A DNA stretch of 64,000 nt, from assembly GCF_009914755.1 (NCBI RefSeq), contig NC_060926.1. One strand, 5' to 3'. The position numbers were made by a program, and so were the translations under genes. Shown here piece by piece: positions 62,801 through 64,000 of this stretch. The notes under the pieces are model-generated. The model was not told where the DNA came from, ran no database searches, and saw only the letters and a program-made list of their open reading frames with translations. Positions within the stretch are counted from its first letter, which is position 1. Each line of letters begins with the position of its first letter. The stretch is from the human T2T-CHM13v2.0 reference genome, Homo sapiens.

Positions 62801-64000
62801 TGCATTCAAGACACAGAGTTGAACATTCCCTTTCATAGAGCAGGTTTGAAACACTCTTTTTGTAGTATCTGGATGTGGACATTTGGAGCGCTTTCAGGCC
62901 TATGGTGAAAAAGGAAATATCTTCCCCTGAAAAGTAGACAGAAGCATTCTCAGAATCTTATTTGTGATGTGCGCCCTCAACTAACAGTGTTGAAGCTTTC
63001 TTTTGATAGAGCAGTTTTGAAACACTCTTTTTGTAAAATCTGCAAGAGGATATTTGGATAGCTTTGAGGATTTCTTTGGAAACGGGATTGTCTTCATATA
63101 AACTCTAGACAGAAGCATTCTCAGAAGCTTCATTGGGATGTTTCAATTGAAGTCACAGTGTTGAACAGTCCCTTTCATAGAGCAGGTTTGAAACACTCTT
63201 TTTGTAGTATCTGGATGTGGACATTTGGAGCGCTTTCAGGCCTATGGTGAAAAAGGAAATATCTTCCCCTGAAAACTAGACAGAAGCATTCTCAGAAACT
63301 TATTTGTGATGTGCGCCCTCAACTAACAGTGTTGAAGCTTTCTTTTGATAGAGCAGTTTTGAAACACTCTTTTTGTGGAATCTGCACGTGGATATTTGTC
63401 TAGCTTTGAGGATTTCGTTGGAAACGGGATTACATATAAAAAGCAGACAGCAGCATTCCCAGAAACTTCTTTGTGATGTTTGCATTCAAGTCACAGAGTT
63501 GAACATTCCCTTTCATAGAGCAGGTTTGAAACACTCTTTTTGTAGTATCTGGATGTGGACATTTGGAGCGCTTTCAGGCCTATGGTGAAAAAGGGAATAT
63601 CTTCCCCTGAAAACTAGACAGAAGCATTCTCAGAATCTTATTTGTGATGTGCGCCCTCAACTAACAGTGTTGAAGCTTTCTTTTGATAGAGCAGTTTTGA
63701 AACACTCTTTTTGTAAAATCTGCAAGAGGATATTTGGATAGCTTTGAGGATTTCGTTGGAAACGGGATTGTCTTCATATAAACTCTAGACAGAAGCATTC
63801 TCAGAAGCTTCATTGGGATGTTTCAATTGAAGTCACAGTGTTGAACAGTCCCTTTCATAGAGCAGGTTTGAAACACTCTTTTTGTAGTATCTGGAAGTGG
63901 ACATTTGGAGCGCTCTCAGGACTGCGGTGAAAAAGGAAATATCTTCCAATAAAAGCTACATAGAAGCAATGTCAGAATCTTTTTCATGATGTGTCTACTC

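Larger units (their letters stand above)
1..64000 (+). repeat. Centromeric alpha-satellite higher-order repeat array, ~680-bp 4-mer HOR, about 94 copies, head-to-tail; most likely human chromosome 2 D2Z1 (S2C2H1L, SF2)
   Basis: ~171-bp monomers carry alphoid hallmarks (CATTCTCAGAAAC, GAGCAGTTTTGAAACACTCTTTTTG, TTCGTTGGAAACGGGA). The repeated ORF recurs at 679-680-bp intervals, and TCTAGA (XbaI) occurs once per typical unit. The alpha-satellite HOR call is near-certain. The D2Z1 assignment rests on recalled knowledge of a 680-bp SF2 tetramer (about 0.8). Confidence 0.98.

Noticed and set aside
4171-63485. 60-80-aa minus-strand ORFs (MQTSQR..., MFNSVT...)
   Set aside because: They are opened only by hybrid monomers or single SNPs that remove a stop. 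They track structural variants, not coding function.
506-63588. About 90 near-identical 71-aa + strand ORFs (MWNLQVDICLALRISLETG...)
   Set aside because: These are chance open frames across monomers 3-4 of the satellite. They start at TTG, are broken by stops or frameshifts in several copies, and show no gene structure. I used them only as phase markers.
1-64000. CRISPR-like or other prokaryotic repeat-spacer system
   Set aside because: Recurring GTTTGAAAC motifs superficially resemble CRISPR repeat ends. However, the intervening DNA is itself repeated, with no unique spacers or cas genes, and the sequence is alpha satellite.
1-64000. L1/Alu insertion or inversion within the array
   Set aside because: The phase is accounted for continuously by 678-680, 338 and 342-bp units. 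I saw no poly(A) tail, foreign sequence or reverse-orientation CENP-B box.
1-64000. Claim that this window is the kinetochore site (CENP-A/CDR)
   Set aside because: High homogeneity and dense CENP-B boxes indicate a live-type array, but kinetochore position is epigenetic and cannot be read from the sequence.

Overview
The whole 64-kb window is one uninterrupted, single-orientation array of primate (human-type) centromeric alpha satellite. It contains no genes, transposon insertions or inversions. The unit is a ~680-bp 4-monomer higher-order repeat (HOR; 171+171+167+171 bp, about 94 copies). CENP-B-box monomers strictly alternate with pJalpha-type monomers. The dimeric suprachromosomal family 2 (SF2)-type organisation, 680-bp tetramer and single XbaI site per unit best fit the live chromosome 2 array D2Z1 (S2C2H1L); this assignment is from recall, not a search. 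All listed ORFs are repeat artefacts. I found no new gene system. The interesting structure is above and below the HOR. There are three classes of chimeric-monomer variants (342-bp dimer, 338-bp dimer, length-neutral double-hybrid tetramer), and all of them remove the same monomer 2-to-3 junction. There are also nested multi-HOR duplications (offsets 1360, 2719, 3399, 5097, 7476, 11553, 20049/20729, 22767 and 37039 bp), heritable CENP-B-box knockouts, a clustered four-substitution haplotype and a haplotype-domain shift near 44 kb. Monomer numbering (1-4) is my own. Counts come from manual reading aided by ORF-track spacing and may be slightly off.
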